Assembly (NCBI RefSeq): GCF_038025025.1 | Contig: NW_027117338.1 | Coordinates: forward strand, 2,418,001-2,482,000 | DNA length: 64,000 bases | DNA from: Phyllosticta citribraziliensis | Taxonomy: Eukaryota | Reading direction: 5' to 3' | Shown here: in pieces, positions 61,550 to 64,000 of the stretch | How the letters are laid out: each line of letters starts with the position of its first letter | Position numbering within the stretch: position 1 is the stretch's first letter | The notes under the pieces: generated by a model | Seen by the model: the letters and a program-made list of their open reading frames with translations, nothing else | Told to the model about the DNA's origin: nothing | Database searches by the model: none | Position numbers and translations under genes: made by a program

Positions 61550-63807
61550 GGTGGATGGTGTGGTATGGTTGGTTTGGTAGGAGGAAAGCTTAATATCGAG
61601 GACCTCAAGGTGCTGAGGAAATGAGAGGAGCCGTCAGCTGGTGGGATATGTGGGGTGCGGCTGGACCAAAAGGCGTCGGGTTTGCGGGGTCAGGAAGTGG
61701 GAGTGTGCGAGAGGCATTCGGGGGAGTAGGGTGGTATTTGTAGCGGTGATGGTGGACGAGAAAGGGGGCAGGGGTAAGGGTGGACATGGATGATGGTGGG
61801 CTATGGTGAGGTCTGGGTGGACATGGAAAATGTGGTTCTCTTCTGGGGAAAGCTACGTACTTGGAGCAGCAGTGTAGGGAGTGGGTAGCAAGGCTGGGCT
61901 GAGATGGCGATGCGCAGGTTGTCGCGGACCGCTGGGGGGCTCGTGGAGTATTTTTGGATCGGCAGGGACTGGGAGCTTTGGGAGCGGCGGTGATGCGAGA
62001 GCGGAGGAGGCAGTAGGAGTAGGAGTAGGAAGAAGGATATGTGGGCACGAGGGTTGAATATATCTATAGTCCGTCGTCGGGCCAGTCCGGTCGCGTGTGG
62101 GCGCCCTGATGGCGCAGGGCAGGGTCAATACGGAATGATTCTGTGCGTCATTCTCTGCTGGGCTGGAGTGCAGGGCAGGGCGGGAGCTGAAGGCGTGATC
62201 CCTAGGTGCGTAGGTCCAAAGTGAGCCGACTGTCATGCCATGCCAGGGCCATGGACTTTGCCCCGCGCACGCAATCCTGATGCCACTTCAGGCATCTATC
62301 ATCCTCGTCTCCACGCTCGCCACACCCTGCTTCCCCTTGGTGCACTCCGTCTTCGGCCGGCTGTCGACGATCCACGCGTGCGCGTCCAGGTTAGCCTGGG
62401 TCCTCTGCTCTTCTTAGTTACAGTAGGAGTAGAGAAACAGTTACACCGCATCCAAGGCACAATGAATTACCCCGCCTACATGCAACGAAACAGGCCCGTT
62501 GAAACGCCCACATCGCCCAGGGGGGGGGAAAAGATCTCTGCCGCTGCTGGCTGCTGGCTGCTGGCTGCTCCGGTCAGCGCTAAGCCGCCTCGCTTCTGCC
62601 ACCCACACCACACCACAACTGCCCAGCCATCACGAACTCCGACCCAATCAACCGCCGACTGCGACAAAAGAACTCAAGAGATCTGTCATACATGCCCGCC
62701 ACATGAGCCGACTTGACAGACCACTGCCCCGCCCACTTTTCCGAGCAGCAGCAATTGCATCTGTGTGCAAGCAGACGCTACCCAGGACTGCCCATCCGTT
62801 TTAGGTTCATGTACACAGCACGCCCCACGGAGCATCCAGACAGCCCCAGCCCGTTACCGTGCAACACTGGCACCGCACCGCCCGTCAGACTGCCAGTTTA
62901 CCCGATTGAGGCGTTGAATGCTCAGTAGCAGACTCGCACCAGCCGTGACATCTGAACGCTCCGCGCTACTCTTTCAAGACAACTCATCCAGACAAACCCC
63001 ATCTCCATCGGCTTTTCAAAATTACTCACTCCAACACTTTGACCACAACCCATGGCAGCGCAACCGAAACGCAGCAGCAGCCCTCGGCCAGCCTAGCCTA
63101 AACACGTACCCAACTTAACTACTGCCGTGCCCGCACCCGCTGCAACGCCCGCCGCGTCCTACCGCACGCCACACAACCCCCAACCCTTGCCCATATCACC
63201 CTCCGTTTCACCCACCTGCCCCCTTCTGGCAAGGCGCAAGCCGCATGCTTTGAAATGACTGCCTCGCTATTGGACGCCCGTCAGGGGGCACTCGTCAACC
63301 CGCCCGCCTACCTTGTGCTCCTGCGGGATTGTTGCCCGTGGCTGACTGCTGGGCCAGCCGGTCGTCCGTGGGCCTAGCTAGCTGGCCGCGTGCGTGGTCC
63401 GTCTCATATGCGCGGCGGCGCACGCAATCTATCGCTGCTGTCGTCCACTACACAGTTAGGCTTGTCTGCTTTTGCTATACGCACACACTCGATAGGTTGC
63501 TTTGAAATCAGTCGTGTCTGTTTGCGTGATTATGCTGCGGCGGCACGGCGGAGCGGCCAGCGAGCTGCTTTCCATCCATACACACATGGATAAAGACTAG
63601 GCAAGGTAGGTATGGGACCTACACAGTCACCTGAGAAAATCACACCTCCCCGTCCAAGATGGGCAGAGATACGCAGACAACTCGCTTGCCCGCCGTCCTC
63701 TGTCTGTATGTATGTGCATATGTCGATAGCACGCAACACTATCGTCAATCAAATAAACATGCATGTACAGTGCATGTGCCCTTGCGCGCATGCAGACAAC
63801 TACTAGA

Positions 63808-63831
63808 CCAACCAACCAACCAACCAACCAA
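63808..63831 (+). repeat. (CCAA)n microsatellite
   Basis: About 6 CCAA units. Confidence 0.8.
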
Positions 63832-64000
63832 AAACTCCCTTAATTCAAACCCACGCAGCAGAGCAGAACCATCGCACGCATAGGGCAGGCAAGCCGCGGC
63901 ACTCGCATTGCAAACGACCCGCCGCCGATTGGCCGCAAGGTTGCTCGGAGATGCGTATGGTGCGGCGCGGCGCGACGCGACGTGGCGTGGGTGGGTGGAC

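Noticed and set aside
1..64000. tRNA, rRNA, transposase or RIP-degraded AT-rich blocks
   Set aside because: None recognised by eye. Covariance-model and repeat-library searches were not run.

Overview
Gene-dense, intron-containing DNA from a filamentous ascomycete (probably a dothideomycete, inferred from short GT-AG introns with CTRAC branch points, GC-rich codon use and protein similarity). I can support about 26 protein-coding genes. They include an FMO-type monooxygenase divergent from a TauD/JLP1 sulfonate dioxygenase, a PolX-like nucleotidyltransferase-fold protein, asparaginase-ankyrin, nmrA, two mitoribosomal proteins, a NAP chaperone, a secreted GH1, GID7/WDR26, a Pmp3 proteolipid, a PDK-family kinase, UBP15/USP7, a p24 protein, a DUF1996-WSC protein, an MFS sugar porter, a bacterial-type PI-PLC, an Acm1-like protein, COG2 and several small or unknown proteins. 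I saw no tRNA, rRNA, transposase or true CRISPR. The main unexplained signal is a family of short tandem arrays with a ~33-bp period and a conserved GGGAGCATTC core. It occurs at eight non-coding sites (seven intergenic, one intronic), on both strands. All product calls come from recognising motifs by eye; no database search was run.
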